Source: Eledone cirrhosa
Lineage: Eukaryota
Direction: 5' to 3'
Assembly: GCA_964016885.1 (NCBI GenBank)
Contig: OZ024751.1
Span: 20,708,001-20,772,000, forward strand
DNA length: 64,000 nucleotides
Shown here: positions 43,995 to 57,443 of the stretch, piece by piece
How positions within the stretch are numbered: position 1 is the first letter of the stretch
Layout: each line of letters begins with the position of its first letter
The notes under the pieces: model-generated
The model's input: only the letters and a program-made list of their open reading frames with translations
Told to the model about the DNA's origin: nothing
Database searches by the model: none
Translations under genes and position numbers: made by a program

Positions 43995-44451
43995 ACTTCT
44001 TGTCAGACGAGTGCCATCCCTTCATTGAACACTGCACGGTCATGCGCAGGCAGGTGACTTTTCAGACGTGCTTTTGTGTTGCAGATACTTTCACAGATGT
44101 GACACTTGAACTGCCTGTCTCCTGGCAATACCGGCTGGAGTGTGTTTTCATGCATTTTACCATGTCTGGTCAGACCACGCGTTGACTTGCAAATTAAGCC
44201 ACACTCTCTGCAAATATGCCGCGGAGTGTGTGGCAGTAGAACCATCTGACAGTTGGCTCAATTTCTCCCTGGCTCGTGTCATTTCAGATGGTTAACAAAA
44301 CCAGCTCCTGTTAGAAGAAATCGGCCACATACATTGCACCTCAAATCTAGCTGAATTTTTGCAGACATTGCACTTGCGTCCCGCTTACGAAGTGATCGCT
44401 TCAAAACAGAATGCTCCACTCGCTTCCTCTCAAAGACATCACATCCATATT

Positions 44452-44452
<1 letters not shown>
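43995..44452 (-). pseudogene. RTE-type LINE C-terminus with three C2H2-like fingers
   Basis: FERKRVEH...KRSLRK, CNVC...NHLK*H, CREC...RHGKMH, CHIC...KSHLPAH; in-frame stops. Confidence 0.7.
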
Positions 44453-44531
<79 letters not shown>

Positions 44532-44539
<8 letters not shown>

Positions 44540-44872
44540 ATAAATGGAAAACTATATTTATAAAACCATATTTATTTCATTATATATATTTCGGGGATAT
44601 CATATTAAGCTAGCTAAACCTCTTCAAATGAAGTTGATGTTTATTACGGTATGTCGAATATATTTATCTATAAAACTGTTTATATTGTATTTTGTCTGAT
44701 GAAGGCATAGCATATTGTTAATATGATATCCCCGAAATATATATAATGAAATAAATATGGTTTTATAAATATAGTTTTCCATTTATTTAATATTGTCCAA
44801 ATATTTGTCGAGTGCTTTTATATCAGTTATAAATATTTACTAGTTGTAACCCAACAATTTTAAATATAACTT

Positions 44873-44876
<4 letters not shown>
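44532..44876 (+). mobile_element. Family A fold-back element, HHR 44688-44753
   Basis: Nearly identical to 9218-9631 but with a shorter inverted arm; GAGTGCT at 44810. Confidence 0.88.
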
Positions 44877-44943
<67 letters not shown>

Positions 44944-45008
44944 AATATACACACAATCCTTATCGTGTCCTCTTCGGATTTTAGTCTTTGTAGTTATTAT
45001 ATATATAT

Positions 45009-45345
45009 CTAGGGCGGGTAAAATTCTCGAGATCCATGAACGAGTTCTCTCCAGCGGTCTCTGTCCCTCATTATCGCTGTGCCATGTCCTGCATCTCCAA
45101 GAGACCAGTGTCTGTTCTTAGAACATCAACATATGTTAACCTCAGTCTTCCTCTTCCAGTGTGGCCATGCAGGGGATCCCACAGGAGCACTGAGTGCAGT
45201 GTCAACTCTGGATGTCGGTGCGCATGTCCAGCTAACCACAGTCTCCTCTGTGACCTTCTCGAGCTGACTTTTGAGAGGCTCCCATACAGCTCTGAGTTCT
45301 TCATCCTCATTGTATACTGATTAATGTTCATCGCCATCCTCATTA
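45009..45345 (-). pseudogene. RTE-clade LINE 3' end
   Basis: RMKNSELYG...LAGHAHRHPE...GRGRLRLTYVD; homologue at 62948. Confidence 0.85.
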
Positions 45346-45984
45346 TTATCATATTTACACATATTTTTTCCTCTGCTGCCACCCGTCTGTTTCTCTCTTT
45401 GTATCTTTACCCTTTCTAGCAGTCTCTCTCTCTGTTAGCCTCTTCCTCAACTTTCACTCACTCATACCCTGTCACTACCTCTCCTCCTCTCCTCTTTCTT
45501 CCCGCTTGACCTGTCCGATTCCTTTTCTCGCGCACTCTTGGCCAAGCCGGTATGAATTTTTTTTCTCTCTCTCTCTCGTCTGCGTCTTCACAAAACTTAT
45601 GTTTACCGAATTCGCAGACCAGACCCCTTCTTCTTCTTCCTCCCGTTAGACTTGTGCGAAATTCCTTCCTTACTCACATTTCAACCAGGTCTGATGGTCT
45701 TTATTCTCTAGTAGTTCACGATTTTATCGAGTTTATATTCATAGAAATCTGGGACTTGTCTCTTTCCTCTCACTTTCTGTTGCTTAAACCATTTTGTTTG
45801 TTCACCCTAACGTTCTCTTTATTTACGTGTCCCAACGACTTTTTTTAGCCGTTGTTCGCACCAACCTGAGGCATATGGCCCTTAAAGCGATGAAATGCCT
45901 GGGACGGTTGGAGGGTCACTGACGAAGGACTCTCCCCCTTTTTTATATGTAACCCATTTGCAACGCCGCAGCTCCATTATTATA

Positions 45985-46018
<34 letters not shown>

Positions 46019-46879
46019 TGTGTGTGTGTGTGCCGGAGAGAGAGTGGGAGAGTGAGTGAGAGAGAGGGGTAGGAACAGAGAAACTGAAGATTGAACCTAA
46101 TCTAATTACAGGAACGTTAAGGTGTAATGAGTTCGCGCGCACAACTCTGAGTATGTGCGTTGTGAGTGTATGTATACGAGTGTATGTATCTGTGTAATGT
46201 GTGTGTCAATGTGTGTCTGTGCGTGCACGAGTGTGTGAATCTGTGTGTGTGTGTTTGTTTGTGTGAGTCCGTGTGAATGACTGTTCATGTATGTGTTTTT
46301 GCATGTGAGTGAGTATTTCTGTGTATGTGTGTGTATTTGTGTATATGTGTATGGGTGTATGTGTGAGTGTATCCGTGCGTGCGTGTGTCTCTTTGTGCAT
46401 GTATGTGTGTTTGCTTGGGTGCGTGAGTGTGTTTGTGTATTTGTGTGTTTGTGCGTGTGTGTTTATGTGTGTACGTGAGTGTGTTTCTGCGTGTGTGTTT
46501 GTGCGTGTTTGTTTATGTTGTGTGCGTGAGTGTGTTTCTGCGTGTGTGTTTATGTGTGTGCGTGTGTGTGTTTATGTGTGTGCGTGTGTGCTTGTGTGTG
46601 TATGTGTGTGCAATCTCTAAATTAATAAGTAGGTAGACTGATTCATGTTCTTTGATCCATGAAGTAAGAATTGAGAGATAAGTGAAGGAAATGAAGTTAA
46701 GTTAAAGAGGAGAGCTAAGTTAAGTGAAGTTCAGCTCAGTAGAGACTGACTGTGTTAGTTATTAACTGTTGCTGTCTGTGGATAAAAAGAGTATTGGTGA
46801 CAGGGGAGATAACGGCATATATATATATATATATTAAAGTGTTAAACAAGATTCAATGAGTATATATATATATATATAT

Positions 46880-47073
46880 ATGTGTGAAGTAATTCCGTCG
46901 GAAAAGTCCAGGAAAAAAGAGTGCTCTATGTAAGCAACAGAGCTTAATTATTATTATGTAATAAACAACATAAGGCAATTATTCCATTTACCAGTGGTTT
47001 CTTAAAAGCAAAAGGTTTTGCTTTTAAGAAACCACTGGTAAATGGAATAATTGCCTTATGTTGTTTATTACAT

Positions 47074-47080
<7 letters not shown>
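46880..47080 (-). mobile_element. Fold-back element (perfect hairpin ~46948-47080, tail on the left)
   Basis: ~65-bp perfect arms containing GAAAccactggTA; GAGTGCTC at 46919. Confidence 0.75.
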
Positions 47081-47125
<45 letters not shown>

Positions 47126-47217
47126 AATATGGGGAGAAGAATACTGCATGGTTGCACATGGATTACATGTTATAAAATGAGTCCCTCATCAGTGATTTGC
47201 CAACGATCATATATATA

Positions 47218-47372
47218 GGTAGAACACTGGAAGGTAATATCCATAATGGTAGAGCACTCAGTCCATGGGACGAGTTAGGTAGAAGTAGTAACACAACAGT
47301 CAGTTCACCATACCGGGAACAATTGTGAAACAAATGTTTTCGGTATGGTGAACTAACTGTTGGGTTACCACT

Positions 47373-47373
<1 letters not shown>
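47218..47373 (-). mobile_element. Small fold-back element (hairpin 47283-47373, tail on the left)
   Basis: Imperfect ~43-bp arms; AGCACTC at 47253. Confidence 0.65.
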
Positions 47374-47442
<69 letters not shown>

Positions 47443-47445
<3 letters not shown>

Positions 47446-47890
47446 AAAGTTATATTTAAATTGTTGGGTTAACAACGAGTAAATATTTATAACTGATATA
47501 AAAGCACTCAACAAGTATTTGGAGTATATTTATGATATTAAATAAATGGAAACTATATTTATAAAACCATATTTATTTCGTTATATATATTTCAGGGATA
47601 TCATATTAACAATATGTTATGCCTTCTTCAGACAAAATACAATATAAACAGTCTTATAAATAAATAGATACGACATACAATATTTTTTACTGCCAAATAT
47701 TTTTTACTGCCAAATCAACCTCCCAAATGCAAGGTGATTGAAAGGTATGTCGTATCTATTTATTTATAAGACTGTTTATATTGTATTTTGTCTGAAGAAG
47801 GCATAACATATTGTTAATATGATATCCATGAAATATATATAACGAAATAAATATGGTTTTATAAATATAGTTTCCATTCATTTAATATCA
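47443..47890 (-). mobile_element. Family A fold-back element with two HHRs (47784-47849 +, 47574-47639 -)
   Basis: tattttgt-CTGAAGA-aggcataacatattgttaatatgatatccat-GAAA-tatata-TA-acgaaata; AGCACTC at 47503. Confidence 0.88.
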
Positions 47891-47904
47891 TATATATATA
47901 TATA

Positions 47905-48173
47905 TTTAAAAGTTAAACAAGATTCAATGAATACATCAAAGAATGAGTTTTACAATAAATTGGAAGCACTCAACTAGGAGGTTTTCCAAAGTTATTAATA
48001 TTAATTCAAAATATTAACAAAATGAATCTTAACCATCTACTATGTCAGGGTATGTCATGCATCGTCTTATTTTATCTGATGAGGACGTACTGGTGAACTT
48101 AACGCAGTACCTCTGAAATATGTATAATAAAATATAATTGATCACAAGAATATCTATTTTGTTAATATTTGAA

Positions 48174-48180
<7 letters not shown>
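47905..48180. mobile_element. Family C element (reversed tail + forward arm), HHR 48068-48134 (+)
   Basis: tattttat-CTGATGA-ggacgtactg...cagtacctct-GAAA-tatgta-TA-ataaaata; AGCACTC at 47965. Confidence 0.85.
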
Positions 48181-48223
<43 letters not shown>

Positions 48224-48423
48224 TAACATATATGGGGGAGAGCCAACAATGGAATAAAGAATAGAATGTGGAGGAGATAGGAAGAGTGAGAGACGGAGAG
48301 AAAGGGAGAGATAAGGGAGAGAGAGAAAGAGAGTCAAAGAGATACTAACAGGAACAGATAGACGTATATCGAGAGAAAAAGAAAAGGAGAGTGTGTGATA
48401 GAGAGAGAGAGAGAGAGAGAGAA

Positions 48424-48640
48424 ATTTCTTTATTAGCCACAAGGGCACAAAAGAAGGGGACAAATACAAATGGGGAGTTTACATACAGGTATATGAAAAT
48501 AAAACTATTAATAAAATAACAAATAACAATTGATATCCCCAATAGGGGGGAGGCGTTACACAGGGGTTGTACACACCCCGAAAAAATGTACAACCCTCAA
48601 GATAGGGAGAGAGACAGAGAGAGGGTGGGGAGAAAGAATA
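48424..48640 (-). mobile_element. Probable non-LTR retrotransposon 3' end (second copy 18734-18785)
   Basis: The minus strand ends tttgtatttgtccccttcttttgtgcccttgtggctAATAAAgaaa at a microsatellite. Confidence 0.5.
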
Positions 48641-49480
48641 TCCCTCAGATATCATTACAAAATAAAAATAAAAATAATTTCTGTAAATGAGAAGAAAGGA
48701 GACGACAGTCTTTTTACGAACTACATGACCTTGATGAACTTCATGACCTAGTTTGACTTCGATGACCCAGATGACCTAGATAGTAAATAGCCCCAGACAC
48801 CACACCATACCTCATCACATCACACTGCACTGCACTAGACTACTCCACATCACACCACCCCATATCATTACTATACAAAACAACACAACACCACACCACC
48901 CCATATCATACCACACCACCTCACGCATGATACCACACGACACCACTCCACCACACTACAGACCACACGACACCACACCACACGACACCACACCACACCA
49001 CTCCACACCATCCCATGTCAGACAACTTTAGACCATACCACCCCATATCATATTTCACACCAAACCACACCACATCACACTTCACATCTCCCCACCACAG
49101 TTCACCACACCCCATCATAATACAACTCACCACACCACATGACACCACACCTCACTCCACCACGCCAGCCCCGCCACCCTTCAGCTCATCTCACCTTCGC
49201 ACCCAAAGATTTTCACTTCGAAATCACCTGAAATTTATCAACATGATACTGTATTGACTATCTGCTATCAGCTATCTGTCATTTGTCATCTGTCATTGCT
49301 AGCGACATGGACTAAAGCCCATTCTACTACCCTAGCAGCATCGCAGAATGGTTAAGATGTTCGCCTAACCCTTCAGCATTTAAACCGACCATGTCCGACC
49401 AGAATTCTCTCACCACTTTCTGTTCATACCGGCTGTAACCGGCCACTCAGACTGATGTTAAGGTATTGTTCTCAAAATAA

Positions 49481-49669
49481 ATAATTGTTTCTACTTTTGG
49501 CACAAGGCCAGCAATTACCCAGTGCATTACTGGTACTTTATTTTATCGACCCCGTACGAATGAAAGGCAAAGTTAACCTCGACGGGATTTGAACTCAGAC
49601 CGTAAAGTGGCGTAACTATGCTAGAAAGCATGGCGTCCAACCCTCTACCGATACTGCCAATTCATCGCC
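49481..49669 (-). mobile_element. SINE with TSD caaaataaataa
   Basis: Dominant family, reverse. Confidence 0.88.
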
Positions 49670-50305
49670 AAAATAAATAACATCAAAATATCATAGATTC
49701 GATATTATGTGAGGGAAAGCCTTTACTGTGCAAATATAATAGTATATATATATATATAGAGTGATGTAAATGCTAAAGGGTTAATCATTGGAACCCAAAT
49801 TCGACCTCATTACGTGGCATCAACATTTCTGATGGCTACTTGCCAGCTTGATCTAACTCCACTACAGCAGATCATTCACGTTTCATTCTAATTTAGTATA
49901 AAACTATATCTCTTAGTTTTAAGATGAGTTCAGAACCAGAAAGAAGTCAAAGAAATACGATATACGATATAAAAATAAAGTCAAAATTACCACTTTTTTA
50001 TGTTAAACTAAGAACTTCAAAACATGTCACAGAAGTATTGGGCCACTCTGTACAGTAAATATCACATACCATAGACTAGAGTCAACCCAACATGACTTGT
50101 GATTCCAATTGGAAGACATTCAGGTAGACTGTACCTGTGAGTCAAAAAGATAGCTTTGTCTCACACCGTGTCACGCTGAATCTCCTTGAGAATTACGCAA
50201 AGTGTACACGTTACCATGGAATGCTCAGTCACTTTATGCGTCCATTTCACGAGCAGGTTATTTCGTTGAGAGAACAACTGGAACACCCACCGTTAAAACC
50301 GACAG

Positions 50306-50384
<79 letters not shown>

Positions 50385-50391
<7 letters not shown>

Positions 50392-50737
50392 TGCCTCCTC
50401 GTTATCGAGTATGGCCATTGCACGATATACCATTATTAATAATTATTAATTAATTCTATCGTGCAATGCCTGTGCGTGAAGATATTTTTTAAAGTGAGGA
50501 AAGACTGTGCACTGAGCCAATCCCACTCTCTGAGAGACAGTAGCTATAACCCGAAAAGAAGAAAAGATCAACATCATCGGTAACTACTGAGCCGCAGGTT
50601 ATATATCGGAGTTATCCCAGTTTCCTGAGTTGCCTTCTCCTTGAAGAATGCCCTGACAAAGGCTAGGGGTCCTTCACACCCAGTGGTTTAACCGCGCGAT
50701 CGGGTATCCAGCCCGACTATTTCTATGTCCCCGCGCA
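50385..50737 (-). mobile_element. Second bipartite RTE-derived family
   Basis: Shares ccctagcctttgtca, gagagtgggattgg, gcacaggcattgc and tactcgataacgag...gcagccatc with the 36411 family, but lacks the zinc-finger middle. Confidence 0.7.
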
Positions 50738-50994
50738 TATACATACACATGCACCCATGTGTATACACACATAGATATATATACATATGTACAAACATAT
50801 GTACATATGTATATACATATGTACATACATACATATATACATACATACATATATATTTATATATATATATATATATGAAATACCAATGAAGGTTGGAAAA
50901 TCACTGACGAAGGACTATTTTTATCATATGTAACCCATGTGCAACCACGCAGTATTCTTTCTTCTCATGTTTTTTTATATATATATATATGTAT

Positions 50995-51034
<40 letters not shown>

Positions 51035-51696
51035 TGTGTGTGTGTGTGTGTGTTTTTATATAAGTTTGGAATCCGATGGCCTAGTCCACAAGATGTTTTT
51101 TTTTTTAATTCGGCTTTGTTTTCTGGGTATTAATTACGGATAGGACATTCGATAATTGCTTGCGTTTGTTCTGGGTGCATGGTTGCGTCGTCGGCGACTA
51201 AACCTGCTACCCAACAAAGCTTTGTTGCTGAGGAGGGTGATTTTGGACACCTTGCGAGATGAAAAACAAAACCCGTCAAAGCGCGGAGGAACTCAGGAGA
51301 GTCAACGGACATCCAATAAAGTTTTTTTTTTGTAGACGAGCGGCCGCTAGTTTTCATTAAGACATCTCTCTATGAGAAGGTCACCCTGATATAAAACTTG
51401 CGACTTCATTTGCATCCAATGATGCAGACCAGTTCTTCATTTTGGGCAAATGCATTCGATGTTCAGAGAGTGGGATTGACCCCCGTGCAAAGCCTTTCCT
51501 CACTTAAAAAAGCTTCAAGCACAGGCATTGCTTGATATGTGACATTGTTTGCATTGCAGTGTATTGCTGGCCATAGGCAAGTCCCTAGCAGGACTAAAAA
51601 GCCACGTCTATGATGCTCATGCTTAAGTATCAAGCGATGGCATTACTTGAAATCGAGTTGTAGCTATCATAGACATACACCACACACCACATACAC

Positions 51697-51757
<61 letters not shown>

Positions 51758-51978
51758 ATGGATGGGTGTATATAGGTTATATATGTATAATGTATGTATA
51801 TTGAGAGTAGTTATCGATGGTGAATAGGCTGGTTGATGCAATAGCAGCTTTCTTAACGTCTATATATCAATTAGAAGAAGCGCCAAGTGTGGTAAAGATC
51901 ATACAAAATGAATTTAAAAAATGGTGGGCGAAAACAACTGGAAAATGGACGAAACACTGGTATCTCACCAGTTGACTG

Positions 51979-52146
51979 CTGGATATATTGACTAATAGGG
52001 AGCTGTTATGTCACCACCTATTTCTAGTCTGGATAATATTGACTAATAGGGAGCGGTTATGTCACCACCTATTTCTAGTCTGGATATATTGACTAATAGG
52101 GAGCGGTTATGTCACCACCTATTTCTAGTCTGGATAATATTGATTA
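51979..52146. repeat. ~50-bp minisatellite x3.3
   Basis: ctggatatattgactaatagggagc.gttatgtcaccacctatttctagt is repeated. Confidence 0.9.
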
Positions 52147-52429
52147 ATCTCACTGTCTTCCACAGGAGATTGTTTCTGAGGCAGACAGTGAAATGGATTA
52201 GGATGGAATAGAGGGGGGTCTGATGAAATCAAATACCAGGCATATACTGAGGTTGGAAGGAGTGGGGGTGCGTGTGTGTGTGAGGGGGGGGGGGGCAGTT
52301 AATTCAATGATTTTGCTGACATGTGTTAATTAGGTGGGATGAGTAGGAAAGAATATAAAGAAACTATTTTTAAATATTCGACCCATGTGTGTGTGTGCGT
52401 GTGTATGTATATGTGTGTGTGCGTGTGTA

Positions 52430-52461
<32 letters not shown>

Positions 52462-52559
52462 ACAGCTCACACCTATGCAGGTTTAGCTGGCCTCCTCCAA
52501 GGTATATCTCGTTGGGTAATTTAATGCTGGGGACCCCAGTCCTATCATCTCAATTCTAC

Positions 52560-52690
52560 AGCTGAGTAAACTGGAGCAAAGTGAAATAAAGTGTCTTGCT
52601 CAAGGAAACAACAGCTCAGCCGGTCCGAGAATTGAACTCACAACCTTTCGATTGCAAGCCCAATGCTCTAACCACTAAGCTATGCGCCTT
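52560..52690 (-). mobile_element. tRNA-head SINE (second family)
   Basis: Reverse strand: aggcgcatagcttagtggttagag...gagttcaattctc...ttccttgagcaagacacttta. Confidence 0.75.
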
Positions 52691-52966
52691 CGATGATTAG
52701 GACAGAATATAAATAAACTATTTTTAAATATTGTGCCCATATATGGGTGTGTATATAAAAAGCAACCCAATCCTATAGTCTTGCATCCCCCGCCATATTA
52801 TACATGAGATCGAAAAATCAAAGAGGAGGCGTTTGTGACGGTGGTGCATAAAACAGATCACTGGACTTTCCAATCCCTTATTTCACCTATACCCCCGACA
52901 CCTCCGTAATCATGTGTTTCAGATGACTAATGCTATGAGGTAGTAGTAGTAGTAGTAGTACTAGTG

Positions 52967-52997
<31 letters not shown>

Positions 52998-53086
52998 TAG
53001 TAGTAGTAGTAGTAGTAGGTGTGGTGTATTAATTACATATATATACATATAGCCTCCTAAAAACGTTTATATATATATATACACAC

Positions 53087-53212
<126 letters not shown>

Positions 53213-53221
53213 CTCAACTCA

Positions 53222-53259
53222 CCTTTTGAAAAGCAGAAGAACTGCGAAACCGGTAAAGG
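53222..53259 (+). ncRNA. Minimal type I hammerhead, U3-A8 core variant
   Basis: cctt-TTGAAAA-gcagaagaactgc-GAAA-ccgg-TA-aagg, then AATAAA, in a ~185-bp insert between (TA)n tracts. Confidence 0.78.
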
Positions 53260-53390
53260 AACCAAATAAATATATATATTTTAAAAAAAAATAAGACTTC
53301 AGTTGCATTTTCGATTTCATCCCTTTTTCTTTATACTTCCACTCGTGTAGGACACCTCGGTTATTTTTCATTTTGTAAAAAAAACCTCAC

Positions 53391-53476
<86 letters not shown>

Positions 53477-53480
<4 letters not shown>

Positions 53481-53681
53481 GGAAAAAATGAAACGAAATT
53501 TAATTTCCCACTCTTAGTACGGCTGTTACTTAAATATAAGTATTTTTTATTTTTGTACACGTACATACATATATATTTACAGACGTACAGTAGTATGTAC
53601 ATATATATACATACATGCACACATATATGTACGTATGGATTCACCGAACATTTATTATAATGCTCGATGTGTTTGTACATA

Positions 53682-53683
<2 letters not shown>
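53477..53683 (-). mobile_element. Family F 3' fragment (no HHR)
   Basis: Reverse homologue of 41120-41317 with the same terminus at (TA)n. Confidence 0.78.
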
Positions 53684-53753
<70 letters not shown>

Positions 53754-53754
53754 G

Positions 53755-54023
53755 TAGACGTTCTATTTAAATTGTTGGGATACAACAAGCAAATATTTTT
53801 ATAACTGATATAAAGCACTCAACAAATTATTGGAGTAAAAATACGGGAGCTTCCAACAGTAATGGTCGCCTTCTTTAAGGGTATGTCAATATTTATTTAT
53901 AAAACTGCTCTATATTATATTTTATCTGATGAAAGCACACCATAATTTAACTTGGTGTCCTTGAAATATGTATAATGAAATAAATATGGTTTTATAAATA
54001 TAGTTTCCATTTGTTAATATATC

Positions 54024-54025
<2 letters not shown>
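53755..54025. mobile_element. Family A element (reversed tail + forward arm), HHR 53918-53982 (+)
   Basis: Same HHR as 28076; AGCACTC at 53814. Confidence 0.86.
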
Positions 54026-54062
<37 letters not shown>

Positions 54063-54722
54063 TATGTATGTATATATATATATATATGTGTGCGCGTGCG
54101 TGTGGGTGTGTATGTATGTGTGTGATATTTATGATTGTGTGTGCCTGTATACCTGTGTGGGTTTGTAGGTGTGTGTAAAAGAGTCTGTGTTATGCGTGTG
54201 CATGTGTGTGTGTGTGTGTGTGTAAGCATTTGCGTGAGTAGGTGCGCGTGTGTGTAGGCATGTGTGTGTGTGTGTAAGAATGAATGTACATCGCATTTAT
54301 CTATAAAATACAACTATCAATTAAGATGCTCACAGTGTGTGATGATGATGATGATGATGATGATGGTGATGATGATGGTGATGATGATGATGATGGTGAT
54401 GATGATGGTGGTGGTGATGATGATGATGATAGTTTGAGTAATAATAATGTTGAGAGTGATGGTAATGTGATACATTATAGTAAAGTGTGTGGTACTGATT
54501 ACACAGAAAGGGGAGGTAATACGAAGGCAATACACATACATACACACGCACACACACGCACACATAGACACTCATAAGCGCACACACATACATATATACA
54601 AATAAATGTGTGTGTGGATGTTTATGTTTAAGGAGTGATTTGAAGTTAGCGTTGAAGAGAAAAAAGGTACGAGAGAAGTTGGATTATGTACACACACACA
54701 CACACACAGACGCACACACACT

Positions 54723-54788
<66 letters not shown>

Positions 54789-55437
54789 GTCAATAAACAT
54801 AGTCATAAACACTGATGTCAAAATCTCAACAAAATCCAGACCAAAAGTGTGTGTGAACAAAAAAGGGTGAGAGAAATATTAAAATAGAAACAAGGGGTCC
54901 GTCGAGCCGTAGATTACAGAGTCGGGTAAGATCAATACAGATCGAACCTTGAGCTGATCAGTGGCGAAACGCGCGTCACCAACCAATAAATGTAATGAAG
55001 GAGCAACCTATCGTCCTTGTTATCTTTTCACTATAATACACTCTATATAGCTCTACACCTCGACACTGAAGTGAACCTAACCATCGAGTGCTCACCCGAG
55101 TGAACCTCCAGTAACTCCAAGTTACACTCCCTATATATATATATATATATTAGATATCAATTTAACAATGAAAAGTTATTTTACCTATTCATATCATTAT
55201 TTTACGATCGTTTCGGAGGGTTGATCATATTGACATATTGACTCATCTATAGCAGTTATATAATTGTATACTATCAGACTTCATATATAGGTTCGATCAG
55301 ACCGTCTTCTTCGCAAACAATAAATTAATATCTAATATCACAATCTGTATCTAAGGAATTATCTCAGCGGAACACGGAACCTTTCTATGGATTTCCCTGG
55401 ATTACTCGCCATCAGATTACATTGAGTTCTATATATA

Positions 55438-56017
55438 TAAAACAACAGAAGGCCAGACTGGAAACTTTAATTTAGAATTTTAATTCCTCGAAAGCACTAT
55501 ACATATTTTGATGGCCCAGCTCTATAATCTGATTATGATGCAAGACTAGGCGATTTCAGCAGAATTATGTAATAGGATTAGGTTGAACTCAAACATAACA
55601 TAGAAGATAGCAGACCGATATAACACCAAATTAGCAGGCTGGCAGGCAGGCTGTCCCCTAATCGAATCGGTCCACTATTTTCTATTTCCTATCTTCTATT
55701 TTTTCTATCTCCTATCATCCATTCTATGTTTGGGTTCAACGTAATCCTGTTACATAATTCTGCAAATTACACCTGATGAAATCGCCTAGTCTAATATGTA
55801 TAGTGCATTCGCAGCATTAAAATTCTAAAGTAAATTTTCCAGTCGGGACTTCTGTTGTTGTTTTAATGAATACTTAACTTCGTTCCTCCACCAACCATTG
55901 GATACCACATCTATGATGGAGGATTTACATAATGTTGAGTGCTTTAATAAATTTGTTGTATCATCGTTGACCAGCCCGAGCCACCGATTCTGTCCATTGT
56001 TAAACAGCTTAACATAA
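55438..56017 (+). mobile_element. Old fold-back element with decayed HHR (arms ~55438-55610 / 55720-55865)
   Basis: Diverged inverted arms; CTGATGA at 55773; GAGTGCT at 55937. Confidence 0.72.
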
Positions 56018-56057
56018 ATTATATATATCTATATACATATATTACAATAGAAAGTGA

Positions 56058-56110
<53 letters not shown>

Positions 56111-56175
56111 AGAGAGAGAGAGTGAAAGAGAGAGATAGATAAATGGATAGAGAAAGATAAACTGATAGATAGATG

Positions 56176-56226
<51 letters not shown>

Positions 56227-56496
56227 GTGTATATATAGAGAGAGAAAGAGGGGTTGGTAAGGTTATTACAGCTGTGTTTGAAATAAAAGCTTGTTAAACA
56301 ATTAGTGACACTATTTATAAGGTCATAGTGATTACAATTTTGTTAGTAGTAGCAAGAGTAGTGGCAACAATAACATGTATGTATGTATGTATGTATGTAT
56401 GTATGTATGTATGTATGTATGTATGTATGTATGTATGTATGTATGTATGTATGTATGTATGTATGTATCTATGTATGAATGTATGGGTGTATATAT

Positions 56497-56677
56497 AGTG
56501 GGATTGGTCGAATGCAAGGCCTTTCCCCACTTAAAAAAACTTTCAAAGCACAGGCATTGCTTGTTCAGGATCTGCTACAGGTTTGTGTGGCTGGCCGTAG
56601 CCTAAAAGTGCACCAAACTCTATAATCTGACAAGCGATTGCAATACTCTTAGCAGAGTTTGCAGCCATCATGTATGA

Positions 56678-56755
<78 letters not shown>

Positions 56756-56962
56756 TCTGCTTTTCGGGTTGTTTTCAATGCTTAGAGAGTGGGATTGGTC
56801 GAGCGCAAGGCCTTTTGCCGCATAAAAAACTTTCAAAGCACAGATATTGCTTGTTCAGGATCTGCTACAGGATTGTGTACCTGGCTGTAACCTAAAAGTG
56901 CACAAAACCCCTATAATATGACAAGCGATTGCAATACTCTTAGCAGAGTTTGCAGCCATCAG
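56497..56962 (+). mobile_element. Two tandem short RTE-derived bipartite elements
   Basis: gtgggattgg...gcacag.cattgc head and gcagccatca(TGTA) tail, twice. Confidence 0.65.
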
Positions 56963-57155
56963 GTATGTATATATGTAAGTATATGTTTATATGTGCATGT
57001 ATGTATGTATGTATGTATGTATGTATATAGAACACATATATGCAAAGAATATCAGAGCAGTTTAACAATTTCTATCTCCCAGTTATAAATTTGTCATAAA
57101 ATTGTTTACTTTAGTCTTCATTTCATATCTTTGCTATAAGAACAGTGTGTGTGTG

Positions 57156-57322
<167 letters not shown>

Positions 57323-57443
57323 ATATCTATCTATCCATTGATCTATCTATCTGCCTGTTTGTCTGACTATGTATATATGACTGCATGTATGTATGCATGT
57401 TTGTATATATGTATGTAAGTATATTTAAATGTAAGAGTGTGTA

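Noticed and set aside
51130-51357. 75-aa minus-strand ORF in a higher-GC island
   Set aside because: No recognisable domain; probably an unidentified repeat fragment.
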